From the sequence record PV029541: a stretch of 64,000 nucleotides of DNA; one strand, written 5' to 3'. Positions 1 through 9,272 of this stretch are shown piece by piece. Source of the stretch: Escherichia phage PBM-2. Position numbers and translations under genes: made by a program. A model generated the notes under the pieces. That model was given only the letters and a program-made list of their open reading frames with translations, was not told where the DNA came from and searched no databases. Each line of letters begins with the position of its first letter. The stretch's first letter is position 1.

Positions 1-138
1 GGTTCTGCCACCAGTAACCGTAATAACAAAACCGCACAGTCTCTTAAGAAGCTGGGCTTAGTGCAGTTTAATGCTGGTCTTGGGTGGTCATTAACCCCTA
101 CCGGAGTACTTCAACTCAACGAATTAAAAGGTAACTAA
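1..138 (+). CDS. 3' end of an upstream gene, 5'-truncated at the window edge; hypothetical protein
   Basis: Open frame from position 1 (frame 1) to TAA at 136-138; no start codon inside the window. Confidence 0.3.
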   Translation, partial: GSATSNRNNKTAQSLKKLGLVQFNAGLGWSLTPTGVLQLNELKGN

Positions 139-465
139 ATGAAAACTTTAATTGCTGTTGCTGTAGTAGCTTTATCAGCTCTGTCATTCAATGCTCAAGC
201 ATCCAGCCGTGAAACCTTGTTGGAAGCTGCTGCTGATTACAAAGCCAATAATGCAAACTTTGTGAACCAGGGTTACTTCATGGGCATGGTTACTATGGGT
301 GTAGAAGCGGGAAAGAACTGCGTACCAGATAGTTTGAAGTTAGGAAATGTCTTTGACAAAGTAGCCACTATTATCCTGTACGACCGAAAGGTTAATGCAG
401 TAAAAGTGCCATCAGACATGGTTCTAATGGCAATTGATACAGCCTACCCATGTATTAAATCTTAA
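139..465 (+). CDS. small secreted protein with N-terminal signal peptide, function unknown
   Basis: N-terminus MKTLIAVAVVALSALSFNAQASS has a charged n-region, hydrophobic core and AQA-type cleavage site; two Cys in the mature part. Confidence 0.5.
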   Translation: MKTLIAVAVVALSALSFNAQASSRETLLEAAADYKANNANFVNQGYFMGMVTMGVEAGKNCVPDSLKLGNVFDKVATIILYDRKVNAVKVPSDMVLMAIDTAYPCIKS

Positions 466-499
466 TTAGTAATTCCATTAACTTTAGGAGAGTAAGTAA

Positions 500-1552
500 A
501 TGGCGAGCATTGACTCACTGACCGTATGTAATACACGTCAGGCCCGTAACTTTATTATTCGTGCCCTGCAAGCAGGTAACGTACCATTCCTGACTTCATC
601 ACCAGGCATGGGTAAATCTGCAATTATTCGTTCTGTTGCAGAAGAATTTGGTATGAAGCTGATAGACCATCGTCTGTCTACTTCTGCCCCGGAAGACTTA
701 TCTGGTTTACCATTCCGTAATGGTGACCGTGCAGAGTTTATCCCATTCGCTGATTTATTCCCTATTGAGGGGGATGAAATACCAGAAGGATATAATGGTT
801 GGCTCTTGTTCCTTGATGAGTTCCCATCTGCTCGCAAAGAAGTAATAGCTGCTGCATATAAACTGATTCTAGACCGTATGACTGGTCAGAAAAAACTCCA
901 TCCTAATGTGATGATTATCTGCGCTGGTAACAAGGCTACTGACCGTGCCATTGTTAACCCACTGGGTACTGCAATGCAGTCTCGTGTTGTCCACTTCGAA
1001 ATGGAACTTAACTTCGACATCTTTGTTGAAGACGTAATGATTCCACAACAATGGGATGAACGCCTGGTTGCATTCCTACATGCTAATCCAGGTTATCTGC
1101 ATGACTTTGACCCAGCCCATAAGAACAAAACGTTCTGTTGTCCTCGTACCTGGGACTTTGTTAATAAAGACCTCAAGAACCGTCCTGAAGGTGCTCTGCC
1201 TGACGAAGATTCTATCTACTATGCAGGACACGTTACTGCTGGTAAGGCTACAGAATTTGTTCAGTTTACTCAGGTATACAATCGTATGATTACGATTGAG
1301 AAGGTAGTAAAAGACCCTTTGGGCTGTGCACTACCAGAAGATAACAACCTGTGCTGGGCTACCGTTAACCATCTGGCTAACAAAACCACTGAGGAAAACT
1401 TCGCTGATGTTCTTCAGTACATCGAACGCTTTAAAACGTTCACCCATAAGATTCTGTACTTCCGTACAGTAGGCAGAGCATTACCAGAACTTCAGGCTAC
1501 CCCTGAATGGCGTAAGGCTGCTGCTAATATCTCTCGTTACCTTCACGGATAA
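500..1552 (+). CDS. AAA+ ATPase, MoxR/AAA_5-like
   Basis: Walker A SPGMGKS, Walker B LLFLDEF, sensor-1-like CAGNKATDR; RBS GGAGAG upstream; followed 4 nt later by a vWA-type partner gene. Confidence 0.75.
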   Translation: MASIDSLTVCNTRQARNFIIRALQAGNVPFLTSSPGMGKSAIIRSVAEEFGMKLIDHRLSTSAPEDLSGLPFRNGDRAEFIPFADLFPIEGDEIPEGYNGWLLFLDEFPSARKEVIAAAYKLILDRMTGQKKLHPNVMIICAGNKATDRAIVNPLGTAMQSRVVHFEMELNFDIFVEDVMIPQQWDERLVAFLHANPGYLHDFDPAHKNKTFCCPRTWDFVNKDLKNRPEGALPDEDSIYYAGHVTAGKATEFVQFTQVYNRMITIEKVVKDPLGCALPEDNNLCWATVNHLANKTTEENFADVLQYIERFKTFTHKILYFRTVGRALPELQATPEWRKAAANISRYLHG

Positions 1553-1556
1553 AATA

Positions 1557-2732
1557 ATGAACCAATTTCCTCAGCACTCCCTTAGTGATGAACAACTCAT
1601 GCGTGAATATGATCGTATTCAGGCTCAGACTTTCCTAGGCAAGTCTGCTGCGTTCTTTGGTTCATTACTATGTAGCCTTAAGTTCTCATGGAAACGTGAG
1701 GATTGTCCCACCGCATGTACTGATGGGATAGAACTACACTTCAACCCGGATTTCTTTATCTGGATGTGTCCAGACGCAAGAGAAACAGTGTTAATGCACG
1801 AACTCTGGCATGTAGCATATCTGCATGACATCCGTCGTGGAAGCCGTGACCCAGAAATCTGGAACCAGGCATGTGACCACTTCATTAACCTCCAGTTAGA
1901 AGAAGATGGTTACAAGTTCACTGGTATTGATGAAGGTATTTGCAAAGACCCTCAATATAAAGGATGGGTTGAAGAAGACATCTACGATGACCTGATGAAG
2001 AACCCTCAGAAAAGGCAGAAGCCGTCAGGGGGTGCTGGAGCAGGTCTTGCTGGCGACATGAAATCCCCCTCTTCGGGGCAGTCCCAGGGTGCTGTTGTCA
2101 ACAACGTAGTACGTGCAATGCAGAGCCAGAAAATGGCTGGTGGAACAATGCCTGGTAAGGGTGCTGGTCGTATGGAAGAGGTTATTACCCAATTCCTCAA
2201 ACCAGTGGTTCCATGGCAGGAAGTTCTGATGAACTTCTTTACCGACATTGACGATACTCATTATACGTGGGCCAGACCTAACCGTCGTTACACTGACATC
2301 TATCTACCTTCCATGGAAGATGATGAAGGACGTCTACGACACTTAGCCTACTTTGAGGATGTATCTGGTTCCATTAGTAGTGCTGACTCTCTGCGATTTA
2401 ACTCAGAAGTTGCCTATGTCAAGAGCCAGTTCAATCCTAAGAAGATGTCCTTAATTACCTTCGACGATATTATCCAAGAAGAGATAGACATCACTGAAGA
2501 AGATACTTTTGAAGAGATTAAGATTACTGGTCGTGGTGGTACAAGCCTTGTGCCAGTACGAGATTGGATTATTAAGAATAAGCCAACTGCTGCAATCATA
2601 TTCTCCGATATGTATGTTCATCCAATGGAAGAATTACCATTTGATATTCCTATCATCTGGTGTGTTCTGAATAATCCCAATGCTACCGTACCTTTTGGGG
2701 AGGTAGTTCATATCCCTAAAGGAATGAAATAA
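1557..2732 (+). CDS. vWA/DUF2201-like protein with HExxH metallopeptidase-like motif (partner of the MoxR-like ATPase)
   Basis: LMHELWHVAYLHD motif in the N-terminal half, vWA-like C-terminal region; tight spacing after the ATPase gene suggests an operon. Confidence 0.6.
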   Translation: MNQFPQHSLSDEQLMREYDRIQAQTFLGKSAAFFGSLLCSLKFSWKREDCPTACTDGIELHFNPDFFIWMCPDARETVLMHELWHVAYLHDIRRGSRDPEIWNQACDHFINLQLEEDGYKFTGIDEGICKDPQYKGWVEEDIYDDLMKNPQKRQKPSGGAGAGLAGDMKSPSSGQSQGAVVNNVVRAMQSQKMAGGTMPGKGAGRMEEVITQFLKPVVPWQEVLMNFFTDIDDTHYTWARPNRRYTDIYLPSMEDDEGRLRHLAYFEDVSGSISSADSLRFNSEVAYVKSQFNPKKMSLITFDDIIQEEIDITEEDTFEEIKITGRGGTSLVPVRDWIIKNKPTAAIIFSDMYVHPMEELPFDIPIIWCVLNNPNATVPFGEVVHIPKGMK

Positions 2733-3238
2733 TGGTTGTTAATGGTAATTCTCTATACCGTTCATCTCAGTTGCTGGATGTCCCAGACCGTAAGATATCA
2801 GAGCATGGTGTAAGCTATGGATTAGGTGAAGCTGGTTATGATATTCGTATCAAACAAGACATTACCTTCTATCGCTTATTTGGGTTGATTCCAATGGTGA
2901 AAGTCGTTGATGGAAATCAAGTATCACGCCATCTCGGTAAGTTCACCTTGGCTTCAGCAATTGAGAAGTTCAACATGTCTCCATCCTGTGTAGCTATCGT
3001 TCACGATAAGTCTACGTGGGCAAGACGTGCATTATCAGTGTTCAATACCGTGATTGAGCCAGGTTGGAAAGGGTATCTTACCCTTGAACTGGTCTATCAT
3101 GGTCGTAAGAAACTACATATCCCGGCTGGTGCTGGGATAGCTCAAGTATTATTTCATCTGGTTCAGGAACCTGCTAATTACAATGGCAAGTATCAGAACC
3201 AGGAAAACCAACCAGTAGCTGCTAGACCTTCAAAATAA
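2732..3238 (+). CDS. dCTP deaminase-like protein (dUTPase superfamily)
   Basis: GYDIRI and STWARRALSVFNTVIEPGWKGYLTLELVYHG segments resemble Dcd/dUTPase-fold motifs; ATG overlaps the upstream stop (ATAATGG). Confidence 0.55.
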   Translation: MVVNGNSLYRSSQLLDVPDRKISEHGVSYGLGEAGYDIRIKQDITFYRLFGLIPMVKVVDGNQVSRHLGKFTLASAIEKFNMSPSCVAIVHDKSTWARRALSVFNTVIEPGWKGYLTLELVYHGRKKLHIPAGAGIAQVLFHLVQEPANYNGKYQNQENQPVAARPSK

Positions 3239-3268
3239 AAGGCTATCCAGCTTAATTAAGGAAACAAC

Positions 3269-3469
3269 ATGTCAGTATTTCAAGTAACTCCTGTTGGCAG
3301 TACCGTGCGTAAAACTATTGTTGCAACTAACGTAGTAGATGTAGATGAGACATCAGTCGGTGCTGTAATTCATCTGATTGATGGGCGAACAGTATCTGTA
3401 AAAGAAAGTTACCGTTCTGTGCGTGGTTACGTTCGTAAAGCTTTAACTGCTGTCTCTGACGCAGAGTAA
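3269..3469 (+). CDS. hypothetical protein
   Basis: 66-aa ORF with RBS AAGGAAA upstream; followed by a hairpin. Confidence 0.4.
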   Translation: MSVFQVTPVGSTVRKTIVATNVVDVDETSVGAVIHLIDGRTVSVKESYRSVRGYVRKALTAVSDAE

Positions 3470-3481
3470 GTAGCTGCCTAA

Positions 3482-3506
3482 ATAGCCCAGCATAGTTGGG
3501 CTATTT
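3482..3506 (+). terminator. stem-loop, possible weak intrinsic terminator
   Basis: ATAGCCCA-GCATAG-TTGGGCTAT inverted repeat followed by TTTGTG; U-tract is weak. Confidence 0.3.
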
Positions 3507-3542
3507 GTGAAGAAACTAACTCAACCCCACATAGGAACCATC

Positions 3543-3785
3543 ATGGAATCTTTAGCAGCAATCCTTGTTTTCTTATTCATACTAGCTGTATACCTCATCC
3601 CTACTATCATTGCTTTTGCACGAGGCCATGCCTCCAAGTGGGGTATTGGTGTACTCAATATTGTATTAGGCTGGTCACTGGTATTCTGGGTAGTAGCACT
3701 GATTTGGGCACTGTCCAACAAAGGGCAAAGCCAAGTTACAAACGTAACTGTTGTTCAAACCAATGGCGGTAGTAAAGCAGAGTAA
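3543..3785 (+). CDS. small two-TM membrane protein, superinfection-immunity (Imm)-like
   Basis: ATG at 3543 preceded by AGGA; two hydrophobic helices (LAAILVFLFILAVYLIPTIIAF and IGVLNIVLGWSLVFWVVALIWAL) with a GW...W..AL.WA pattern recalled from Imm-type proteins. Confidence 0.4.
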   Translation: MESLAAILVFLFILAVYLIPTIIAFARGHASKWGIGVLNIVLGWSLVFWVVALIWALSNKGQSQVTNVTVVQTNGGSKAE

Positions 3786-3859
3786 CTAACCTAAGCATCA
3801 TTACATAGTGGTGCTTGTGGAAGTTACTTCCAGCTCATTGCTTATCCATCTCCTAACCC

Positions 3860-3890
3860 AAGCCCACCTAACCAGTGGGCTTTTTTATTT
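3860..3890 (+). terminator. rho-independent terminator
   Basis: AGCCCAC-CTAACCA-GTGGGCT stem-loop followed by TTTTTTATTT. Confidence 0.6.
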
Positions 3891-3902
3891 ACAGGTACTC
3901 TT

Positions 3903-4289
3903 ATGTCAAACAGACGAAATGGTAAGTCTATCCTGCAAGGACTGGACTTCGGTAAGCTGGAACAAACTGCAATGCTTGCTTTAGGTAAAGCTGTACATGA
4001 TCAAGTAGATAATGAAATTGAATTAGATCTTTACACAGCAATGCAGGCTATTGTTCAGAAAGGATGGACTACTAGCAGACCATTTTATGCCACTTCATAC
4101 ACTCCACCGGAACCCCATCTGAAATCTAAGGTAGACCGAATCATAGACAAGTTCTGGCTTAGTCCGTGTTATGACGAAATGCATCTTTACTTGGCTCAAA
4201 TACAAAAGAATCCCCGTACTAAGGATGTATTCAAAGGTAAAAGTACTACTCATCATTATCCCTGGTATAGAAGAGGTAGTAAATACTAA
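3903..4289 (+). CDS. hypothetical protein
   Basis: 128-aa ORF starting right after the terminator; no recognised motif. Confidence 0.45.
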   Translation: MSNRRNGKSILQGLDFGKLEQTAMLALGKAVHDQVDNEIELDLYTAMQAIVQKGWTTSRPFYATSYTPPEPHLKSKVDRIIDKFWLSPCYDEMHLYLAQIQKNPRTKDVFKGKSTTHHYPWYRRGSKY

Positions 4290-4732
4290 TGCGTATCCCA
4301 TTCCTACGGAAAAGGGAACGAAATCCTGTTCTTTACAATAAAGGCATAGAGGATGAGTATGAACTCAACCGTAAAGCTCGTTCCTACACAACAAAATTAT
4401 TTATGGGGACTAACAATCCTGATAGATTACTGGACTTTGTTTTTGAACAAGTCTTTATCATATACAGCTTAGCTATGTCTGCTGGTTCACAAGAAGTAAG
4501 TGATAAGGCAAGAGATGCTCTCTGTATGCTCCGTAAAGAGTATGAAGCCCTCATGTATGAAGACTTATACTCCTTTAAAAAAGAAACCGCTGTAGCGTGT
4601 TCTGTGGCCCTTACTGAAGGTATAGCAGTATTGCAAGAGCTACCCCGTAGTGAGTTTAAGCTGGTATATGTTCAGGTTAAGAAAATTACAGAAAACCGTA
4701 GTGGTATCACCAACTATCTAAGGTCATTCTAA
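4289..4732 (+). CDS. hypothetical protein
   Basis: 147-aa ORF, start overlaps the upstream stop (TAATG). Confidence 0.45.
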   Translation: MRIPFLRKRERNPVLYNKGIEDEYELNRKARSYTTKLFMGTNNPDRLLDFVFEQVFIIYSLAMSAGSQEVSDKARDALCMLRKEYEALMYEDLYSFKKETAVACSVALTEGIAVLQELPRSEFKLVYVQVKKITENRSGITNYLRSF

Positions 4733-5676
4733 TGATTAAGGCAACTGTCATTGCAGATTCCGTTCACCCAGAAACAGGAACTCGTATTACTACCTTTGAA
4801 TTGGTTTATCCCCGATTCATTCACAGTGAGTTTATGACCCACCGTGTATTTAACCGTAATGCTTCAAGCAGTCGTGCTATTCCTACATCTAAGTTAATTG
4901 AACAGGTTCGTAATGAACCAGTGATGCCAAGTCACTGGGGCAAGAACCAGAAAGGTATGCAAGCAGATGAAGAACTCACTCCTGCTGAGATTGAAGATGC
5001 TAAGTTTATCTGGGATAACGCTGCATCTGCTGCTGCTGTGTATGCTGAACAGCTACGACGTGGACAAGTACATAAGCAGATTGTTAACCGTATCCTGGAA
5101 CCATTCACGCATATTCGTGTAGTGGTAACTTCAACTAGCTGGGCTAATTTCTATGGACTGCGTGACCACAAAGATGCACAACCAGAGATTCGTGAACTGG
5201 CTCAAGCAATGCGTAAGGCACATGAAGAAAGTACACCAAGAGCACTACCGTATGGGCAATGGCATCTGCCTTATATTGCTCATATTGACCGTGTTGGGGC
5301 TTATAATTTCTGCAAACGTAATCGAATTACACGCGATGAACCAAGTGATGCAGAAGTGCATGGGCTACTTCTCAAAGTAAGTGCTGCACGCTGTGCCCGT
5401 GCTTCTTATAACAACTTTGAAGGACGTCCTTCTACTATTGAGGAAGACCTTAGCTTATTTGCTAAGTTAGTGGAAAACCAACCTATTCATGCTTCCCCAA
5501 CAGAGCATCAAGCTACACCTATGAATCTTGGTGAGAAGTACGTGAATAACATGAACCCAGTTACATGGGAACAAGGTGTTACATCCATGGATAAAGAAGG
5601 GAACCTGTACTCAGGTAACCTGCTTCACTTTATCCAATTCCGTAAGTTAATCCCAGGTGAGACAATTACTGAATGA
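4732..5676 (+). CDS. thyX: flavin-dependent thymidylate synthase (ThyX-like)
   Basis: THRVFNRNASSSR matches the ThyX signature (R/T)HR-x7-S-x-R; size typical; sits in a nucleotide-metabolism cluster. Confidence 0.6.
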   Translation: MIKATVIADSVHPETGTRITTFELVYPRFIHSEFMTHRVFNRNASSSRAIPTSKLIEQVRNEPVMPSHWGKNQKGMQADEELTPAEIEDAKFIWDNAASAAAVYAEQLRRGQVHKQIVNRILEPFTHIRVVVTSTSWANFYGLRDHKDAQPEIRELAQAMRKAHEESTPRALPYGQWHLPYIAHIDRVGAYNFCKRNRITRDEPSDAEVHGLLLKVSAARCARASYNNFEGRPSTIEEDLSLFAKLVENQPIHASPTEHQATPMNLGEKYVNNMNPVTWEQGVTSMDKEGNLYSGNLLHFIQFRKLIPGETITE

Positions 5677-5909
5677 AAAAACTAGCTATCCAGGCAATGA
5701 TTATAAATATCATCCTGGTTCTGGAATTTGTATTTTCATTACACAATGTTCAGAGCCTAGAAGAGATGTTCTTCGTAGTGGCCCGTTTCTCTGCATGTAT
5801 TATTGGCCTATGGTGTGCATATTACTATGCACGAGATTATGTAGCCATTAAAGAGCAGGATGAAGCAAAGGAGCGTGTGATACGCTTCTTTGGAGGAAAT
5901 CGTAAGTAA
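5673..5909 (+). CDS. small membrane protein
   Basis: 78 aa with two hydrophobic segments (AIQAMIINIILVLEFVF and ARFSACIIGLWCAYYY); ATGA overlap with thyX stop. Confidence 0.4.
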   Translation: MKKLAIQAMIINIILVLEFVFSLHNVQSLEEMFFVVARFSACIIGLWCAYYYARDYVAIKEQDEAKERVIRFFGGNRK

Positions 5910-5915
5910 ACCTAA

Positions 5916-5940
5916 GACCTCCTCCGGGAGGTCTTTTTTT
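5916..5940 (+). terminator. rho-independent terminator
   Basis: GACCTCC-TCCG-GGAGGTC perfect 7-bp stem followed by a 7-T run. Confidence 0.7.
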
Positions 5941-5969
5941 GGTTTCAATTAACTCTTTTAGGAGGGCAT

Positions 5970-6182
5970 ATGCCTGCTAAATACCGTATCAAAGATACAC
6001 CCGTAATGTGTGAGGGTGAGAAAGGTGACATTGTATATGCCTGTATCCAGGATGATTTCAATGCTGCTCTGATGCTAACTCAGATGACAAATACACTGCA
6101 TGTATCAGTGACACTGGACCCTACCGGTGACTATCCATGCTTCCCTATTCCTGCCCATAACCTGGAGCAAATCCATGATTAA
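5970..6182 (+). CDS. hypothetical protein
   Basis: 70-aa ORF with RBS AGGAGGG 6 nt upstream. Confidence 0.45.
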   Translation: MPAKYRIKDTPVMCEGEKGDIVYACIQDDFNAALMLTQMTNTLHVSVTLDPTGDYPCFPIPAHNLEQIHD

Positions 6183-6489
6183 CCCTGAAGTAATTCATAG
6201 CAAAACTGGTAAAACTGTTCCTCTTAGTGAAATTGCGGTAACTGGTGATATTGCTGCTTGCCCAGCTAACATCGCTTCTATATGTATGTGCATTGCTGCA
6301 CTGGCAGAGGAACGTAAGTTATGGTTGGAACCAAGCAAGGAAATGGTACTGGCTGGCATGTCTGAACTGAATGCACTTCTGAAAGAAATGTATGACGAGG
6401 ATGGGCAACTAGTTGAACCAACTGATGACCAAATATCAGATGCTGTCGTATTCATCCTTCAAGCAATGGCAGGTAAACGCAATGGCTAA
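6175..6489 (+). CDS. hypothetical protein
   Basis: ATG at 6175 overlaps the upstream stop; GGAG 8 nt upstream; the longer ORF start at 6127 lies inside the previous gene. Confidence 0.4.
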   Translation: MINPEVIHSKTGKTVPLSEIAVTGDIAACPANIASICMCIAALAEERKLWLEPSKEMVLAGMSELNALLKEMYDEDGQLVEPTDDQISDAVVFILQAMAGKRNG

Positions 6490-6673
6490 TGTAAATATCG
6501 CCTCAGAGAAAACGTATAGCATTCAGATAAATGGATTAACCGAGTATCAGGTCTTATTCCTAATGAATGCTTTTCAAAATAGTCCCGTGGGTCACCATCC
6601 TAATGATGAACCACAGGAAGAAGCTGAACTTCGTAAAGCTATTTTTGATAAGTGCAAACAAGTCCTACTATAA
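6482..6673 (+). CDS. hypothetical protein
   Basis: ATG at 6482 overlaps the upstream stop (AATGG); start uncertain. Confidence 0.3.
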   Translation: MANVNIASEKTYSIQINGLTEYQVLFLMNAFQNSPVGHHPNDEPQEEAELRKAIFDKCKQVLL

Positions 6674-6700
6674 GCAACATTTAAACTGGAGAGTAAATAA

Positions 6701-9268
6701 ATGTTAGTTGCAGATACCAATGAAGTAGCTACCTCAGCGACACTGGGTGGCAAAGAAACGATTGCCTTTGGCATCTCTGATGACCCGACATTCTTTCACG
6801 TATTAAGTACTTCCCTGTACAACAACCCCACTCTGGCAGTAGTCCGTGAGACTATCTGTAACAGTTGGGATGCTCATATTGAAGCAGGTAAGACTGATAC
6901 CCCTATTCGTATCACTATTGATACAGACAACTTTATTACCTTCCGTGACTTTGGTAATGGCATCCCCGATGAACTCATTGGTTCCATTTATGGTGTCTAT
7001 GGTGCATCTACTAAGAAAGCCAACAGTAGTGTTACTGGTGGTTTTGGTCTGGGATGTAAATCCCCGTTCGCTTATACAGATAGCTTCCAGGTTACTTCAT
7101 GGAACCAGGGAAAGATGTCGGTATATAACGTAGCTAAAGCTGCGATTGAGAATGACGGTAAACCAGGCATTGTTCCTATTGTTACTAATATTCCTACTGA
7201 GGAATCTGGGCTGGAAGTTAAATTCCAGTTAGGCAAGCATGATTTAAATACCTTTGTACATTACATCACATCAATAGTATTTAACGGTGAGATTAAAGCT
7301 GAACTTAGTATCCCTAAACTCGTTAAAACAGAAGAAGGTAATAGTATTCAGCAAGGTGACTACACTCTACTGAATACACTAGGAATGTCATTTGAACCTG
7401 GTTCATACGATATGTCTGATAGATGGTATCAAGGCTATATGGGTAACAGTAACATATTCGTTCGTTACGGTAACGTAATGTACCCAATTGTATCCAGCCC
7501 AGCTAGTGAAGAGGCTGTAGGTCTTATCCTCAACTTTATGAATATCATTGGTGCTTCTAATCTGGTGGTTCAGGCTGCACCTGATACTCTAGCTATTTCT
7601 CCTAGTCGAGAAACACTGTCTAACCAGAAGTTAACTGACGATGGTATTACTACTCTGTGTGTAGATTTAGTAGACCGTATGGAGAAAGAGATTAGGGCTA
7701 AAATTCCTGAAGCTATTAAGCAGATTGAAGAATATGCCGCTAAAGCATCTACCCGCTTCTGGACCTATCCATCTTTCTTGATTGCTGTCACAGACCCTAT
7801 TGTTCAACGCTATATGTCCTCTAGTTTGTGGGCTAAGCAACGTAAACATCACATCAAGCACTGGCGTAACTTATCTAATAAGGCATTATTAGCCCGGCCA
7901 GAATATGCTGGTCTTAAGAAGTTGTATGGTAAGGCTATGCGTGCTCTTAAAGATACTCGTGAAGAAGGTGCATACTCTCCATTTCAGGAATTAGTATATC
8001 GCCATCTGCACTTACCACAACTCGCTGCTTTAAAAACCTCTGGTATTAAGTGGTCTGGTTACATAATGAACCAGGGTAACCATGTTGACCTGGTGAAAGG
8101 TAAACTTACTGACTACTTTAGGATATTCTATAACTCCCATCAGAGTATTGGCATATTCACTACTAAAAATGTTGTAATTACCCGACGTTTATCTGATTGT
8201 GCAGACTCTTTCTCATATTTCCCAGAGTACAATCGTGGTGACCTGGAACGTACAGCTTTTGTTCACGTCGTTAGTCCTAAAAAGGGTGCAGCAGAAGAAG
8301 CTGTAGCTAAGTTCACTGCTATGGGTTATCGGGTAATTGACCTCACTCAATATAATGAGTGGGACAAACCAACTAACTACCGCAGAGAACAAGCTAAGAT
8401 AGCTGCTGAGAAACGAGCTAAGACGATAGCTGCCAATAAAACCAAAGCAGGGGGTAAAACTAATGCTCTGATTTCGTTGAATGCAGTTCTCGGTACTACT
8501 TCTGTACGAAATAAAAGTGGGGATTGGGATTCTAAGCCGTACATTGACAAGGATTTTACTGACCCAAGCTTCCATGAGAAGTACGGTTTCGTTGAAGTGG
8601 AACAGCCTAAGTACTACGTACTAGCCAATCAGGTTAGTTCTGGTAGTCCTGTAACTGCTCGGATTGGAACCATGTGGAAATGGTATGAGTTATCTGACGA
8701 GATGAAAGCAGAGACTGTTGTCTGTCGCAATCAAATTGAAGCTAACAAAGCTAAACGACGTGGTGCTATTCACATTGATGACGTTCGTTTTATGGAGCTG
8801 ATGCCAGTTATTACCAGCAAAGGCTTCAAGAAATATGTTACTGAACACCGTATTGGTATTCTGGAATATGTAGGATTAGATGACAGGGAATACTGGGAAA
8901 TCCTCGATATTCTTGGTCTAACATTCAAACCATTACAGAATCTGATTTTTAAACCAGAGTATGAATGGGCATATGACTTTCTACGGAATCGACCACATAA
9001 CAACAAAGAAAAACTTGTTGAAATGGGTTGTATTAAGTCAGTTGATGACTTAGAGCCATATACAATGATGGTTAATCCGCGTAATCATAAGTACTTTGAA
9101 ATACTTAATCAGTACAAGGGGTTATTCAGCTATAGCTTGAGTGCTGGTGACATACTACAGAGTCTGGACTTGGGGAGTTTAGTTAAACACCTCAAGAAAA
9201 ATCCAGAGGATATTCCTGGGTTTAAGTCCCTCTACCGTAATCGTCTAAATAAACTGAAAGGTAACTAA
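6701..9268 (+). CDS. rIIA: rIIA-like protein (histidine-kinase-like ATPase fold at N-terminus)
   Basis: N-terminus AFGISDDPTFFHVLSTSLYNNPTLAVVRETICNSWDAHIEAG resembles the HATPase_c region of rIIA; size 855 aa; immediately followed by an rIIB-sized gene, as in N4-like phages. Confidence 0.65.
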   Translation: MLVADTNEVATSATLGGKETIAFGISDDPTFFHVLSTSLYNNPTLAVVRETICNSWDAHIEAGKTDTPIRITIDTDNFITFRDFGNGIPDELIGSIYGVYGASTKKANSSVTGGFGLGCKSPFAYTDSFQVTSWNQGKMSVYNVAKAAIENDGKPGIVPIVTNIPTEESGLEVKFQLGKHDLNTFVHYITSIVFNGEIKAELSIPKLVKTEEGNSIQQGDYTLLNTLGMSFEPGSYDMSDRWYQGYMGNSNIFVRYGNVMYPIVSSPASEEAVGLILNFMNIIGASNLVVQAAPDTLAISPSRETLSNQKLTDDGITTLCVDLVDRMEKEIRAKIPEAIKQIEEYAAKASTRFWTYPSFLIAVTDPIVQRYMSSSLWAKQRKHHIKHWRNLSNKALLARPEYAGLKKLYGKAMRALKDTREEGAYSPFQELVYRHLHLPQLAALKTSGIKWSGYIMNQGNHVDLVKGKLTDYFRIFYNSHQSIGIFTTKNVVITRRLSDCADSFSYFPEYNRGDLERTAFVHVVSPKKGAAEEAVAKFTAMGYRVIDLTQYNEWDKPTNYRREQAKIAAEKRAKTIAANKTKAGGKTNALISLNAVLGTTSVRNKSGDWDSKPYIDKDFTDPSFHEKYGFVEVEQPKYYVLANQVSSGSPVTARIGTMWKWYELSDEMKAETVVCRNQIEANKAKRRGAIHIDDVRFMELMPVITSKGFKKYVTEHRIGILEYVGLDDREYWEILDILGLTFKPLQNLIFKPEYEWAYDFLRNRPHNNKEKLVEMGCIKSVDDLEPYTMMVNPRNHKYFEILNQYKGLFSYSLSAGDILQSLDLGSLVKHLKKNPEDIPGFKSLYRNRLNKLKGN

Positions 9269-9272
9269 TCTG

